Shown: one piece after another, positions 19,547 through 20,000 of the stretch
Numbering within the stretch: position 1 is the stretch's first letter
Layout of the letters: each line of letters begins with the position of its first letter
NCBI GenBank assembly: GCA_013265495.1
Contig: MU057640.1
Location: 2,255,716-2,275,715 of the forward strand
Origin: Vicugna vicugna
Lineage: Eukaryota
Direction: 5' to 3'
DNA length: 20,000 nt
Notes under the pieces: generated by a model
Told to the model about the DNA's origin: nothing
Databases searched by the model: none
Seen by the model: the letters and a program-made list of their open reading frames with translations, nothing else
Made by a program: the position numbers and the translations under genes

Positions 19547-20000
19547 TTTTTTTTAACATTTTTATTGATTTATAATCATTTTACAATGTTGTGTCAAATT
19601 CCAGTGTTCAGCACAATTTTTCAGTCATTCATGGACATATATACACTCATTGTCACATTTTTTTCTCTGTGATTTATCATAACATTTTGTGTATATTTCC
19701 CTGTGCTATACAGTGTAATCTTGTTTATCTATTCTACAATTTTGAAATCCCAGTCTATCCCTTCCCACCCTCTACCCCCCCACCCCGGTAACCACAAGTC
19801 TGTATTCTCTGTCCATGAGTCTATTTCTGTCCTGTATTTATGCTTTGTTTTTGTTTGTTTGTTTGTTTTTGTTTTTGTTTTTTAGATTCCACATATGAGT
19901 GATCTCATATGGTATTTTTCTTTCTCTTTCTGGCTTACTTCACTTAGAATGACATTCTCTAGGAGCATCCATGTTGCTGCAAATGGCATTATGTTGTCGG
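19547..20000 (-). mobile_element. Apparently young camelid-type LINE-1 3' end (element D), interrupting C; continues beyond the window
   Basis: 'ttttttttaacatttttattgatttataatcattttacaatgttgtgtcaaattccagtg...cccagtctatcccttcccaccc...ggtaaccacaagtc...ttttagattccacatatgagtgatc'; well-preserved 3' UTR. Confidence 0.88.

Overview
Mammalian genomic DNA, most likely camelid (llama, alpaca or camel), judged from two Vic-1-like tRNA-derived SINEs. About three quarters of the window is interspersed repeat: several generations of LINE-1, L2 and MIR remnants, and two hAT DNA-transposon relics. The only intact protein-coding sequence is a single-coding-exon ADAM21 ortholog on the minus strand (11972->9816, 718 aa) with an intact HELGHTLGMQHD zinc site. 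Nearly all other ORFs in the track are broken L1 ORF1/ORF2 pieces or antisense or low-complexity artefacts. I see no prokaryotic or CRISPR-type system and no clearly new biological system. The observations most worth following up are: (i) a ~330-bp, ~88%-identical, internally deleted ADAM21 copy just past the gene's poly(A) signal; (ii) two chained TAATG stop-start mini-uORFs leading into the ADAM21 ATG; (iii) a solo L1 5'-UTR with a duplicated YY1 motif and a strong splice donor ~3 kb upstream in the gene's orientation; (iv) a poly(A)-only insertion flanked by a 15-bp target-site duplication; (v) a stack of four nested same-strand L1s. Repeat subfamily names and human comparisons come from recalled sequences, not from searches.
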